Origin: a virus
Lineage: Duplodnaviria > Heunggongvirae > Uroviricota > Caudoviricetes
Length of the DNA: 64,000 bases
Strand: one strand, 5' to 3'
IMG/VR virus record: IMGVR_UViG_3300042892_001069
The first letter of the stretch is position 1, and the number at the start of each line of letters is the position of its first letter. Below the pieces are notes generated by a model. It was not told where the DNA came from and did no database searches. It saw only the letters and a list, made by a program, of their open reading frames with translations. This document shows positions 1-10,262 of this stretch, piece by piece. A program made the position numbers and the translations under genes.

Positions 1-3000
1 GTATTGAGGCTTTTCTTGCTTGAACATCTGCTGCAGCCATTTGTAAAAGTGTACTCACCCATGTAATGCTTGGTGTAAGTTCTGCTGGAGGTGTACCAGT
101 GTTAATTGTAGTGTATATATCTTGAATACGTGCTTGAGCAAATGCTGCCGCATTAGCTGATCCCGCAGTACCGCTTACATCCTGAGTCAGTCCAGTAGTT
201 TTGGTCCAGCCCGCAGTATTACCTGTAGCAATATTATCAATGATATCTTTAATACGTGCCTGAACTGCTAACGCACGAAGCTTTGAAGCAGGATCACCAA
301 CGTATGCTCCAAATGTATAATATGAGCGACCGGCAACTAGAGTTTCTAAGTTTCCACCATATGTTAAATCATAAACTACAGCATCAACAATGTAACCAAC
401 ATCACGTTCACAACTTGTCTGATCTACTCCACCATATGTAAATCCAACAAACGGAGCAATGTTGCCTGCAATCTGTGCGTTAATCCACGCACTAACTTCT
501 GATACTAAAAATGCCTTGTTCGCAACAATCAATCTGCGAGCATTAAAATATCCAGTATCGTAGCTTGTAGGATCAGGTAACGTGAATGCCGGTACTACTC
601 CTAAACCATTATCAACAATGTCTGATATTGTAATAAGATTTGCTGATACTGATGATGTTGCTGTTGTTCCGGCATAACCTAAATACACCTGAGATGCGGT
701 ATTACCGCTTGTAGGTGTCACCGCAGTATTAGTTACTAGGTTAGGAACAATTGCCTTTAGTCTGTTTAACACTGATATAGTTTTTGGCTTATCAGTAACT
801 AATGTCATATCGGCCGTTGCTGGTTGAATTACACTACTACGTAATTCGTCGCCAACAACCGCAGTGTTCTTAGGAACTATAATTGGCAATGTTTCTGAAT
901 ATGTGCCAGTTTTAACTGAAATAGTTGTACCAGGATTTATAACAGCAGGAATTGCTGATGTTGTACCTGAAGCCAAACCTGTAGTAATAATACTTACTAG
1001 ATTTGTAGCAGTAGTTGAAGTTCCAATTTCAGCAGGGATAATAGGATCAATAATTTGTTTAGCCTGTGCTGATGCAGATACGCTATTTAATGTTTGATAG
1101 TTGTCTACTGGAGAAGTATTTGTTAAAATATTAACTACTAATTTATTTTTAAGATAATCTAGTGCTCGAATAAATTGTGGAATTTCTCCAGGAATATTTC
1201 CTGCTGCAAATGTCGCGCCACCTGGAGCAAAATATGCTAGAGCTGCCGTTGTTGTCTGTAAAGTCCCGCTATGGCTAATATCAAATGCCAACGCATCAAC
1301 AATAATGCCAGCGTCTCTTTCTGTTGGTACTGTGCTGAATACGTACGATCCAACGTTTGCGCCTGTTTCTACCGATAACGTTCGTCGGGTGCCGCCAGAA
1401 GCATTTGTTATTCCAAATGTTGTTCCGCCGGCAGGAATATCAAATACGTAATATGTTGTTCCCGGAGTAACTCCGCCCACAGTAGTAGTAAAACTAATTG
1501 GCATACCCACTGATAAAACTGACGTTGAAGTTGACGTAGTAAATAACGTTGCGTTTGATGATGTAATTGTTACTCTACTAGTATATGTAACATAGTTAGA
1601 AAGTTCTTTAACTATAAATTGTTTATTTTTTGTAAGTAGCAGTGCAGCATTAGGATTTAAATATCCTTCTTCAATTTGTCGAGCTGAAAATCTAACAGTT
1701 TTCCAAGGCTTGTCAATAGTTAGGCCTTGCCCTGCGCCCAGTACATCAGTACCGCTAGGTGCTACATATACAATGTTGTTAACTACACCAAAATATGACC
1801 ATTGCGGTGTTGTACCGTTAACACGCAATACTTGTCCGTCAGTCCCAATTGGTAATCTAGTTGGTCCTGCTCCACCCATATATAACGTGTCGCCCTGTGT
1901 GGTTAGCACAGATGTAATTGCTCCTGCTGATAATAAATTCCAATAGGTGCCAGTTACATCGTTGTCTGGTCTGTTTGGCGTGCCGCCAGTGTGAGCAAGT
2001 ATACAAATATAGCTATTAACACCAAATGCTACAGCATCGCCTAGGACATATGACACTCCAGTTTTCCATGATACAGAAGAACCTAATGTAGTTGCTGAGT
2101 CTACTGCGCCTGCGGTAGCAGTAATTGTTAATATGACATCATTAGCCGGGGAGATTCCGCCTACTTGAGTTCCTAAGATAGTAACAGTATTTCCGGTAAT
2201 GTACCCAGATCCTGCAGCATTAACTGTAGCAGTATATCTAGTGTTTACTAACGTAATGTTAAACGATGCTCCGGTACCGCTGCCAATTAAGTTTGAACCT
2301 ACTACACCGGCAAATGTTTGGCCAGTGGCCGCCCATTTAACGCCGCTGTTTAATCTAGACCAGTTGGTAAGATCAGGCGGAATATTTAATGCGCTTGAAG
2401 TATGATCTAATAGGGCAACATATGTGTACCCATTTAATCTTAAAACTTGTCCTACTTTGTAATCTGTAGCAGTTGCCCAGTCACCTTGGAAACTGAATCC
2501 AGTAGTAAATAGATCCCAATCAGAAAGATTGCTAGTTGGAATTTTATTGGTATGATTTGTTTTAGAAATGTATGCATAGCCACCGTATGACACAACGTCA
2601 CCTGGTTGATACACTTCACTAGCTGACCAGCTGTTTTCGTATTCTAATCCGCCAACAAACAACGACCAATTAGTAGCATCTGAAAACAGTGCAGCTGATG
2701 TATGGTCTAAGGTACAAATCCAAAGATCGGCACCGTACTTGACAACATCATTTACTTTGTAACGTACTGTGCTGCCACTCCAAGTACCTAAGAATGTAAT
2801 CCCCTTATGGAAATAATCCCATAATCCTTGATCGTTTTCAAGTCCTAGTGTTGCAGTTGCTGCCGAAGCGTGGCCAGTGTTACATACATAAGTTGTTCCG
2901 CCGTATAGCACAACGTCATTTCTCTTATAACGATAGCCGGTTGTCCAATTGCCAATCCAGTCAAGGCCTTTGGCGTAAGTATCCCACTTGCCTTGATCTG

Positions 3001-3523
3001 CTTCTAATCCGTCGATGTCAGTTGAAGCTGTAGAGCTTGAAGTGTGACTTGTGTTACATACATAAGAAATACCACCGTATCTAACTACGTCCCCAATTTT
3101 GTAAAATTGACTTGTTGCCCAGTTATCTCTAAAGTTGAAACTACTAGCATATAAATCCCACTTGCTTTGATCTGCTTCAAGGCCTGCGGTTGTTTCTGGG
3201 CTTGTGCCTGAAGATGCTGCCGCATTGCTAGTGTGCGCTGTGTTACATAGATAAATTCTTCCGCCGTATTTTACTAGATCGTTAACTTTATAGTAAAACC
3301 CAGTTGTCCAGTTATCTTTCCATTCAGAACCGTCAGATACTTGATTCCATCTTGTTGGAGCATTATTCAAGTCGGTATAGAAATTAGCGTCAGCTGTATG
3401 GCCAATCACACATAGATAAGTTTTTCCACCATTTCTAACAATGTCGTCCTTGACATATGTTACAGCCGCTGCCCAGTTGTTCTTCCAGATAAAGCGGATT
3501 CTACCTAATTTAAATTCAGCCAT
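1..3523 (-). CDS. Large virion structural/fibre protein, runs off the left end of the window; paralogue of 3585..9527
   Basis: Absent from the ORF track because it is truncated. ATG at 3523 reads MAEFKLGRIRFIWKNNWAAAVTYVKDDIVRNGGKTYLCVIGHTA. It has Trp-rich W..T.Y..D.V.YGG..Y.C...HT repeats, a YVAPSGTD...PWKTVRF motif, KTGTYSETLPIIVPRNTAVVGDELR, and CERDVGYIVDAVVYDLTYGGN-type repeats. Confidence 0.85.
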   Translation of the reverse strand, partial: MAEFKLGRIRFIWKNNWAAAVTYVKDDIVRNGGKTYLCVIGHTADANFYTDLNNAPTRWNQVSDGSEWKDNWTTGFYYKVNDLVKYGGRIYLCNTAHTSNAAASSGTSPETTAGLEADQSKWDLYASSFNFRDNWATSQFYKIGDVVRYGGISYVCNTSHTSSSTASTDIDGLEADQGKWDTYAKGLDWIGNWTTGYRYKRNDVVLYGGTTYVCNTGHASAATATLGLENDQGLWDYFHKGITFLGTWSGSTVRYKVNDVVKYGADLWICTLDHTSAALFSDATNWSLFVGGLEYENSWSASEVYQPGDVVSYGGYAYISKTNHTNKIPTSNLSDWDLFTTGFSFQGDWATATDYKVGQVLRLNGYTYVALLDHTSSALNIPPDLTNWSRLNSGVKWAATGQTFAGVVGSNLIGSGTGASFNITLVNTRYTATVNAAGSGYITGNTVTILGTQVGGISPANDVILTITATAGAVDSATTLGSSVSWKTGVSYVLGDAVAFGVNSYICILAHTGGTPNRPDNDVTGTYWNLLSAGAITSVLTTQGDTLYMGGAGPTRLPIGTDGQVLRVNGTTPQWSYFGVVNNIVYVAPSGTDVLGAGQGLTIDKPWKTVRFSARQIEEGYLNPNAALLLTKNKQFIVKELSNYVTYTSRVTITSSNATLFTTSTSTSVLSVGMPISFTTTVGGVTPGTTYYVFDIPAGGTTFGITNASGGTRRTLSVETGANVGSYVFSTVPTERDAGIIVDALAFDISHSGTLQTTTAALAYFAPGGATFAAGNIPGEIPQFIRALDYLKNKLVVNILTNTSPVDNYQTLNSVSASAQAKQIIDPIIPAEIGTSTTATNLVSIITTGLASGTTSAIPAVINPGTTISVKTGTYSETLPIIVPKNTAVVGDELRSSVIQPATADMTLVTDKPKTISVLNRLKAIVPNLVTNTAVTPTSGNTASQVYLGYAGTTATSSVSANLITISDIVDNGLGVVPAFTLPDPTSYDTGYFNARRLIVANKAFLVSEVSAWINAQIAGNIAPFVGFTYGGVDQTSCERDVGYIVDAVVYDLTYGGNLETLVAGRSYYTFGAYVGDPASKLRALAVQARIKDIIDNIATGNTAGWTKTTGLTQDVSGTAGSANAAAFAQARIQDIYTTINTGTPPAELTPSITWVSTLLQMAAADVQARKASI

Positions 3524-3584
3524 TCGATGCTCCGATGTTCATTGTAATGTATTTATTCATTTGTTAATATGTACTTTTGTTATG

Positions 3585-6500
3585 TTATTTTTGGTTACCT
3601 GACCCAAAACCACTGTGGAAGAACGATTTAGCAACCATTGTTCCATTAATTCCCTTTCTAAGATTCATCGAGTTTCTAACAAACAACTGCCCTTGAACTG
3701 TAGAATATATTCTGTTTGGTCCGCCTACTCCAAACGTACCCGCCACCACTGCGCCTGCTTGAGCATTGGCGCCGCCACCAGCAATATTTCTTGACAAATA
3801 TGACTTAATTGCTTTCTGTGTTGGGACAATAGCATCGCTGTTAGCAGTAAAAAAACTATCTGTACTAAACTGTGTGATTACAATAGCGTTAGTTCCGATT
3901 GAAAATCCACCAAGTGATAACGTTTGTAATCCAGTTAAACTTAATTGGTCTGCTGAAATTGTAACAATACCCGATGCCTGTTCAACTTGGAATAAATTTC
4001 CAACTTTAAAATTACCGTCTTGGTCTGTTGATGTTTGGAATACTCGACCTCCATTATTTTCAACGATTTGTTGAAACGGTAGCGCAGTTGTTACGTCCAC
4101 ATTTGGATAATTAGTTATTGTTTGATTACCAGTACCAATTAATAAAAAGTCGTGTCCAGTAATACGACACTGACTATACTTTTGTCGAATACTAGTTGCT
4201 ACGCCGTGCGCAGGAGCAACTAGAATTGATAATGGAGGAGCGATTTGAAAGTTTACTGTACCTGCTCCAAGATTATTAATAACTACAATACGATACTGTG
4301 TTGCATCGCCTGATATAGTTAAGGCTGCGCCAGGTGTAGGTAAACTTGCTAGTCCGCTTATTGTTAAAAATTTTGCTGTTTGATATATATCCGCAAATCC
4401 TGTTCCGTTAACAACAGTTACAACAGTAGTTGATGTTCGATATCCAGTACCTCTAGAAATAAACGTTGGATTCCCAAGAACTCCGGCAGCAGTCCTACAA
4501 AGAGTTACTACTTGTAACGTGTAATTGGGATCTGTTATAGTAGCGGTTGGTGCTGAAGAGGTCAAGTAACCACTACCAGGTTCCCATAATTTAATTGAAC
4601 TTATTTTGCTAGAAGCAACGGTTACTCGTCCAAGAGCACGAGCGCCTGTTTTAATGTATGCTGAAGAAATACTACCAGTGTTTGCCAATGCTACCCAGCC
4701 AGGTGTAACAATCAAGTCTATTGCGGGATTGCCAAAGGTTATTGAAGACCATGCCAACCCGTTTGGCAGACTTCTACTGCGCCACGAAGCACCGTCTGAG
4801 CTTGATGTTGCTGCAGTTGTACCCGAAGCAACCGCAAAAAATAGTCCTTGGCCATAGTGTAGGTCTGTCCACAGTGTTGCTACCGGAAGAGTTGATTGAA
4901 TCCATGTTATGCCATCAAACGAATACGCAGAAATTGCTGATCCCGACGCAATGGCAACAAATCGACCGTTGCCCCATGCTACTGAAATCCAGTTTATACT
5001 AGCAGGTAACGTTGATTGTGCCCAAGTTCCGCCGCCGTCGGTTGAATACGCAACTACATTATTAGAAGCTCCTGTAATTGCCACCCAAGTTCCGATACTG
5101 CCATATACTATACTATTCCAGGTTGCAGTAACAGGTAAGGGACTCGGAAGGGTGGCCCAAGTTGCGCCATCAACTGATGTGCCTGCGCTGTTGGTTGAAC
5201 CAGGTGCTATTCCTATAAATTTTCCGCCTCCATATGCTATTGCGTTAAACCCAGTTAATGATAAACTAGTTGATGTGTTCCACAATATTGCGTCTGTTGT
5301 CCAAGCAACAGTGGCCGATGCAGAGTTTACTGCTACAAATACATTATTAACGCCGCCAAATGTTACCGTGGCCCAAGTACCTGCGGGTAAATTGCCGCCT
5401 GCTACCCAGTCGCTACCTGTTAGCGAATACACCGATGTTCCAGTAGTTGAGATTCCAACAAATCGACCGTTACCAAATGCTACTGATTTCCAGTTACCTA
5501 CTGGCATTCCTTTTAATTGCGCTTGAAACGGTGGTTCTTCAAATCTAATACTTGGTTCAATTGAGTATACTGTAGTTGAATCTATAGGAGTCACTGCGGC
5601 TGTGCCTGCTACAATGTTTTCCCAGCCAACAGCATGTACTGCCATAAAACTACCCACCGTTTGAGTAGTAACCGTTGCCGCAGTACCTCCCGGTACTGTG
5701 CTGACCGCAAATCCTATTAACGAATAGTTTGCAGCAATAACGTAATATATTTGCCCTGTTGTTAGGCCGCCTAACATACCACCTGCGACTACTGACATAG
5801 AGCCAGTGGCATTTGCTAAGGTAAATACGCCACCGCCTGCTGTGGCGCTTATAGCAACCGTTGATCCTATAATATTATTAATATAATATTGAGTTCCACT
5901 TACAATGTTTCCAAAAGTTGAACCGCTAAACACAATCAACTCTCCAACATACATGTTCACCGTTGATGTTAATGATACTAAATTATTAACTCCAGTTATT
6001 GCAACTGGTGCTAATACTGTGCCGACAGTTTGTCCAATACTAAGTCTCCAAACACTACCGGCACTAAATCCTGAAATATTTGCTTCAATTCTAGTGTTAG
6101 CTAAAATAGTAGACCCAGATAACACCATTCCTACCGCGATAGCTCCGCTAGTTACTGAAGTAACATATAACGTAGTTCCTATAATATATCCAGCTGATAT
6201 GTTAACAATAGTTCTTGACGTTAAAAATCCCGTAGTATTCTGTTGATTTGGAACTATTACTACTGCTGTCCCTACTGGAAATGATGTTGTGTCTTGTACT
6301 GAAATTATGTTATTTGTGGCAGATGTTGCTGATGATGTTAGTGCAGTAGTACCTTCTTTTCCCACTGTGACTATTTTACCAACCGCATCGTAATACGCAA
6401 TATATCCGTATTGGCCAACTCCGGTACCACTAGTAATAATTACTCGCATGCCGTAATAGTTGTCAAAAGTATTTTGATCATTTGACGCAATTGTAATTGT

Positions 6501-9500
6501 TTGAAGGTCTCCGGCTTGTGCTTGGTTACCGGAAGTTAGATATCCGCTTCCGCCTGCTGAAAAATCTGATCCTAAAATTCGAGATTCAAAAATACCATTA
6601 TCCCTAAATTCGTCAGCAATTACACTGGCTCCCGAACCTGCGCCTGTAAACGCAAACGATGCGCCTGTATAATTTTGACCAGCGTTGCTAAATTCTAATT
6701 TGAGAAGTTTGTTAGTTGCCTCTCCAATAAATGCTGATGCTATCTGAGCATGTTGATTTCTATTATTAACAGTGCCAGTAATAGGAACTTCAGTAAGATC
6801 AAATCCTTCAGCTACGCATCCGTAATCACCATAAGATGTATTTCCGTTAGTAGCACGAATTCTTCCGCCGTTTTCCGCAATATATCCGCAATGACTATAA
6901 TAAGCAAACACTGATACTAATTCAGTTAATGAAGAAGGACCGGTACACCACACGCCGATACCTTCGCTAATCAGCGTGGTATAGTCGTTAGCAACAATGG
7001 ATCTGTTTCCACCGTTGTGTAAAGTTCCGTCAATCTTTAATCCAACACATCCTTTTCCAAATAAGGTAACGTTTTGAGTATATGGTGATTTAGTAGTGAT
7101 GTGTACCGAAGTGTCATCTGGACCCGTTCCTGGATCTAATGATGTATATGCTCCGCCGGTTGGTCGTTTAGAACCATATGAGTTTGCCGGACCTAATCCG
7201 CCAAGTAGTCCAGTCAATGTCATGTTACGAATTCCGCAAGCGTTACGAACATAAAACATATCTTTAATTGCGTCACCGCCGTAAACGGCTGCAGACTGAT
7301 CGACAGTGTCTGTTAAGGGTAGTGGAACAACGCCATTTGCTGTAAATGACACTTGGAATGTTGTTGGTGTAATTGATGAGCCAATTACATAATATGTTTG
7401 TCCGGATTCGAGTCCTGCAAACCCCCCAAGTGTTGCCGTCATTGCGCCAGCGGCATCAATTTGAGTAACAATTACTGAGCTACCAAAGGCGGCACTGACT
7501 GTAATAGTAGCAGTTACAGAATCGTATGATTGTATATAATAGGTTGTTCCTGCTACTATGTTACCAAAAGAGGAAGGGCCAGTAAACACTACCGGCATAT
7601 TAATATATGCTCCGATGGTGAATCCTAACGTAATCTTATTGCCATCTGACGATGTAGCGGTTGCTGTGGTAATAATTGTAGGAGTTACTATTTGTATGTT
7701 TATATTTGCTGTAATACCAACTGTGGTATTAACAGTAATTCTATTGGTAGACGAGCTTGAAGCTGTTGCAATACAATTAATAACAACTGCTGGTTGAATA
7801 ACCGTACCCCGCAATTCATCACCTACTAAGGCAACACCTGCCGGAATCTTAATTGGTAGTGTTTCATTGTACGTACCAGTCTTAATATTAATAGTTGCCG
7901 GGCCCACTAGTGGACCGTTTGGCTGACCAGGAGCCGGTGACCCGCCGCCCTGTTCGCAGGCGTACTTGACAGTTCTCCATGCCGTTTGAACTGTTAACCC
8001 ATAATCTGGTCGGTCCGTTCCTGTTGGAGAGACATAATAAACTTTTCCAATAATTCCCCAACTATCCCATGACGGTACTGACAGCAACGTGCTTGGCGAA
8101 ATTTTTGCTTTTAATAATGCTCCGTCCACGCCAATAGCAACTGCTGCCGGGACACCTTGGTTAAATGATTGTATATCACCTTGTGTTTGCAAAGTTTCAA
8201 ACTGCTCGCCTCTAACATATATGTCCCAGTTACCAGTATCAATTGTAGGCGGATTTGCTGAAAGATGTGTGTTGGTACAAATATATGCTGTTGAATAATA
8301 TGTTACTACATCGCCGATAGTGAAAGTTGTACTAATTAACCATCGATTCATCCACTTCATGCTTGGGATAACAATTTCCCAGAACGCAGTATTATTCAAT
8401 GTATCTTGATTTATACTGTCAGCAACCGCAACATATAGATAGCCACCGCGTCTTACTAGGTCACCAGTTTTATATGCTATGGCCGAGTCCCATTCATTAC
8501 GAATATTATAATTCTTTACAAGTAGTGTCCAATTTACTGTACTAGTTGATGGAATGTTTGCAATATTGTTTGTAGTATTGCTAGTATACTGGTAGCCACC
8601 ATAGGTAACTATATCACCTTTAATATAATAAACTGCAGCGTCCCATGCGTTGACAAACTCTAATCCAGGAACCCACACAGAAAAATTATCAGTGTTAAAT
8701 CCAATGTCAGATGTATGTGAAATTACACAGATATATAAGTCAGCACCGTATTTTACAATATCATTTAATTTATATCGAGTACTTGCGGTCCAGTATGTCT
8801 TGTATTCTATACCGTTGTGTAGTACACTCCAGTTACTAATATTAGGATCAATACCTGTAGCAAGTGTAGAGGCAGATGTATGATTTAACGTACAAGTATA
8901 TACAATTCCGCCGTATTTAACAATGTCGCCAATTTTGTATCTAGTATTAATAGCCCAGTCAGTTTTCCACTCATAACCATAACTTAGTAAAGTCCAGTTT
9001 CCACTGTTTGCTTCTAATCCTAGCGCAGTAGTTGCCGAGGCCGTGTGTCCTAGAGTACATTTATAAATTCTACCGCTGTAACGCACAAGGTCATTTAGTT
9101 TATATCTACGAGAAGGAGTCCAATCAGTGGTCCAATTATCACCAATAGCATACGCCGTCCATTTACTTTGATCAGATTCTAGCCCCAGTGTTACCGTCGA
9201 TGCGCTAGTATGACTTTCGTTACAGATATAAACTATTCCGTTGTATCTAACATAATCACCTAGATCATAAAAAGTAGTACGTTCCCAGTTGCCTTTCCAT
9301 TCGTATCCGTCAAACCATAGTACCCATTTTGGATCAGCGAGATCTGGTTGAGGCGTAGTATTAATAAATTCTAGATCAGTATTAAAATCAGCTGACGCAG
9401 TGTGCCCCACTAAACATACATAAGATTTTCCGCTGTATCGAACAATGTCGTCTTTAGTATAGACGGTGGCGGTTGCCCAGTCTGATTTCCAAGTAAATCT

Positions 9501-9527
9501 AATTCTGTTTAATTTAAATTCTGCCAT
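3585..9527 (-). CDS. 1980-aa virion structural/tail fibre protein (CBM5/12-like Trp repeats, beta-helix-like module, BNR-like repeats)
   Basis: N-terminal W...T.Y...D.V.Y.G..Y.C...HT repeats, then YYVSPTGTD...AWRTVKYAC...KTGTYNETLP...VGDELR, then repeated W.SVAFGNGRFV motifs near the C-terminus. Confidence 0.8.
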   Translation of the reverse strand: MAEFKLNRIRFTWKSDWATATVYTKDDIVRYSGKSYVCLVGHTASADFNTDLEFINTTPQPDLADPKWVLWFDGYEWKGNWERTTFYDLGDYVRYNGIVYICNESHTSASTVTLGLESDQSKWTAYAIGDNWTTDWTPSRRYKLNDLVRYSGRIYKCTLGHTASATTALGLEANSGNWTLLSYGYEWKTDWAINTRYKIGDIVKYGGIVYTCTLNHTSASTLATGIDPNISNWSVLHNGIEYKTYWTASTRYKLNDIVKYGADLYICVISHTSDIGFNTDNFSVWVPGLEFVNAWDAAVYYIKGDIVTYGGYQYTSNTTNNIANIPSTSTVNWTLLVKNYNIRNEWDSAIAYKTGDLVRRGGYLYVAVADSINQDTLNNTAFWEIVIPSMKWMNRWLISTTFTIGDVVTYYSTAYICTNTHLSANPPTIDTGNWDIYVRGEQFETLQTQGDIQSFNQGVPAAVAIGVDGALLKAKISPSTLLSVPSWDSWGIIGKVYYVSPTGTDRPDYGLTVQTAWRTVKYACEQGGGSPAPGQPNGPLVGPATINIKTGTYNETLPIKIPAGVALVGDELRGTVIQPAVVINCIATASSSSTNRITVNTTVGITANINIQIVTPTIITTATATSSDGNKITLGFTIGAYINMPVVFTGPSSFGNIVAGTTYYIQSYDSVTATITVSAAFGSSVIVTQIDAAGAMTATLGGFAGLESGQTYYVIGSSITPTTFQVSFTANGVVPLPLTDTVDQSAAVYGGDAIKDMFYVRNACGIRNMTLTGLLGGLGPANSYGSKRPTGGAYTSLDPGTGPDDTSVHITTKSPYTQNVTLFGKGCVGLKIDGTLHNGGNRSIVANDYTTLISEGIGVWCTGPSSLTELVSVFAYYSHCGYIAENGGRIRATNGNTSYGDYGCVAEGFDLTEVPITGTVNNRNQHAQIASAFIGEATNKLLKLEFSNAGQNYTGASFAFTGAGSGASVIADEFRDNGIFESRILGSDFSAGGSGYLTSGNQAQAGDLQTITIASNDQNTFDNYYGMRVIITSGTGVGQYGYIAYYDAVGKIVTVGKEGTTALTSSATSATNNIISVQDTTSFPVGTAVVIVPNQQNTTGFLTSRTIVNISAGYIIGTTLYVTSVTSGAIAVGMVLSGSTILANTRIEANISGFSAGSVWRLSIGQTVGTVLAPVAITGVNNLVSLTSTVNMYVGELIVFSGSTFGNIVSGTQYYINNIIGSTVAISATAGGGVFTLANATGSMSVVAGGMLGGLTTGQIYYVIAANYSLIGFAVSTVPGGTAATVTTQTVGSFMAVHAVGWENIVAGTAAVTPIDSTTVYSIEPSIRFEEPPFQAQLKGMPVGNWKSVAFGNGRFVGISTTGTSVYSLTGSDWVAGGNLPAGTWATVTFGGVNNVFVAVNSASATVAWTTDAILWNTSTSLSLTGFNAIAYGGGKFIGIAPGSTNSAGTSVDGATWATLPSPLPVTATWNSIVYGSIGTWVAITGASNNVVAYSTDGGGTWAQSTLPASINWISVAWGNGRFVAIASGSAISAYSFDGITWIQSTLPVATLWTDLHYGQGLFFAVASGTTAATSSSDGASWRSRSLPNGLAWSSITFGNPAIDLIVTPGWVALANTGSISSAYIKTGARALGRVTVASSKISSIKLWEPGSGYLTSSAPTATITDPNYTLQVVTLCRTAAGVLGNPTFISRGTGYRTSTTVVTVVNGTGFADIYQTAKFLTISGLASLPTPGAALTISGDATQYRIVVINNLGAGTVNFQIAPPLSILVAPAHGVATSIRQKYSQCRITGHDFLLIGTGNQTITNYPNVDVTTALPFQQIVENNGGRVFQTSTDQDGNFKVGNLFQVEQASGIVTISADQLSLTGLQTLSLGGFSIGTNAIVITQFSTDSFFTANSDAIVPTQKAIKSYLSRNIAGGGANAQAGAVVAGTFGVGGPNRIYSTVQGQLFVRNSMNLRKGINGTMVAKSFFHSGFGSGNQK

Positions 9528-9555
9528 TTTCTACCTCAATATTTTTAACTTAGTG

Positions 9556-9563
9556 TATTTATA
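9556..9563 (-). promoter_or_regulatory. T4-type late promoter TATAAATA upstream of the 1980-aa gene
   Basis: Perfect consensus overlapping the stop codon of the 119-aa gene. A similar ATAAATA at 3550-3556 precedes the paralogue. Confidence 0.7.
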
Positions 9564-9918
9564 TGCCGGCTGGATACGGATATTTTGTATCGGTTCTTAC
9601 GCACAATTGCCCGTTGGCATCAATATAATAGTATAAATTCCTGTTGTCCCAACGCATTTGTTCGTATTTTAAATTGTCATATATTAATTCATGGGTAACA
9701 TCGCGACCCTCAAAAAAATCTACACCTGCTTCAAACTCAAGATAGTTACCGTCAACTGTGCCGTCGTTGTTAATCTGTACACTATCTTCTCTGCTTAGTT
9801 GATTAATCCGAACAAAATATACTTCTCCGTCATCAGTTCTACGTAATGCGTAAAAATATTTTGGTGATCCGCCAAGTAAGTCGTTTGGTGTTCTTCCAAA
9901 TTCGTAATTTTCTGCCAT
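9559..9918 (-). CDS. Hypothetical phage protein (119 aa), probably virion-associated
   Basis: Clean ORF with an AAGGA RBS, inside the structural gene cluster. Confidence 0.7.
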   Translation of the reverse strand: MAENYEFGRTPNDLLGGSPKYFYALRRTDDGEVYFVRINQLSREDSVQINNDGTVDGNYLEFEAGVDFFEGRDVTHELIYDNLKYEQMRWDNRNLYYYIDANGQLCVRTDTKYPYPAGI

Positions 9919-9929
9919 GTTAATTTCCT

Positions 9930-10256
9930 TTAAATAATCTCAGCATAGCTGATGACTGCATCAACACTTGCGGTAGTATCACTAACAATACGTAGTGTAC
10001 AATTTTCAGCAAGAATAATTTTCTCACCATTAGTTACTACTTTAGCACTAGTGTACGGCGCAATTACCAATTGCTTAATATAATATCCTTCAACAGCAGT
10101 GTCGTTTATTATTTTAATATCTACAATCACATCCTCATCCTTTGTGTTTGCGAGGTTACACCCAATGATTGTAAATCTACTGGCAGCACCTGCGACTAAA
10201 TCTACAGGAGTTGTTCCAATGTTTTTACTTACTGTTGTTCTAAAAAAGTTTGCCAT
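9930..10256 (-). CDS. Small beta-rich virion protein (108 aa); paralogue of 19024..19374
   Basis: Shares I...(L/I)(A/C)N, I/V.A/P..S and EK(I/L)(I/V)L motifs with the 116-aa ORF. Confidence 0.7.
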   Translation of the reverse strand: MANFFRTTVSKNIGTTPVDLVAGAASRFTIIGCNLANTKDEDVIVDIKIINDTAVEGYYIKQLVIAPYTSAKVVTNGEKIILAENCTLRIVSDTTASVDAVISYAEII

Positions 10257-10262
10257 AATTTA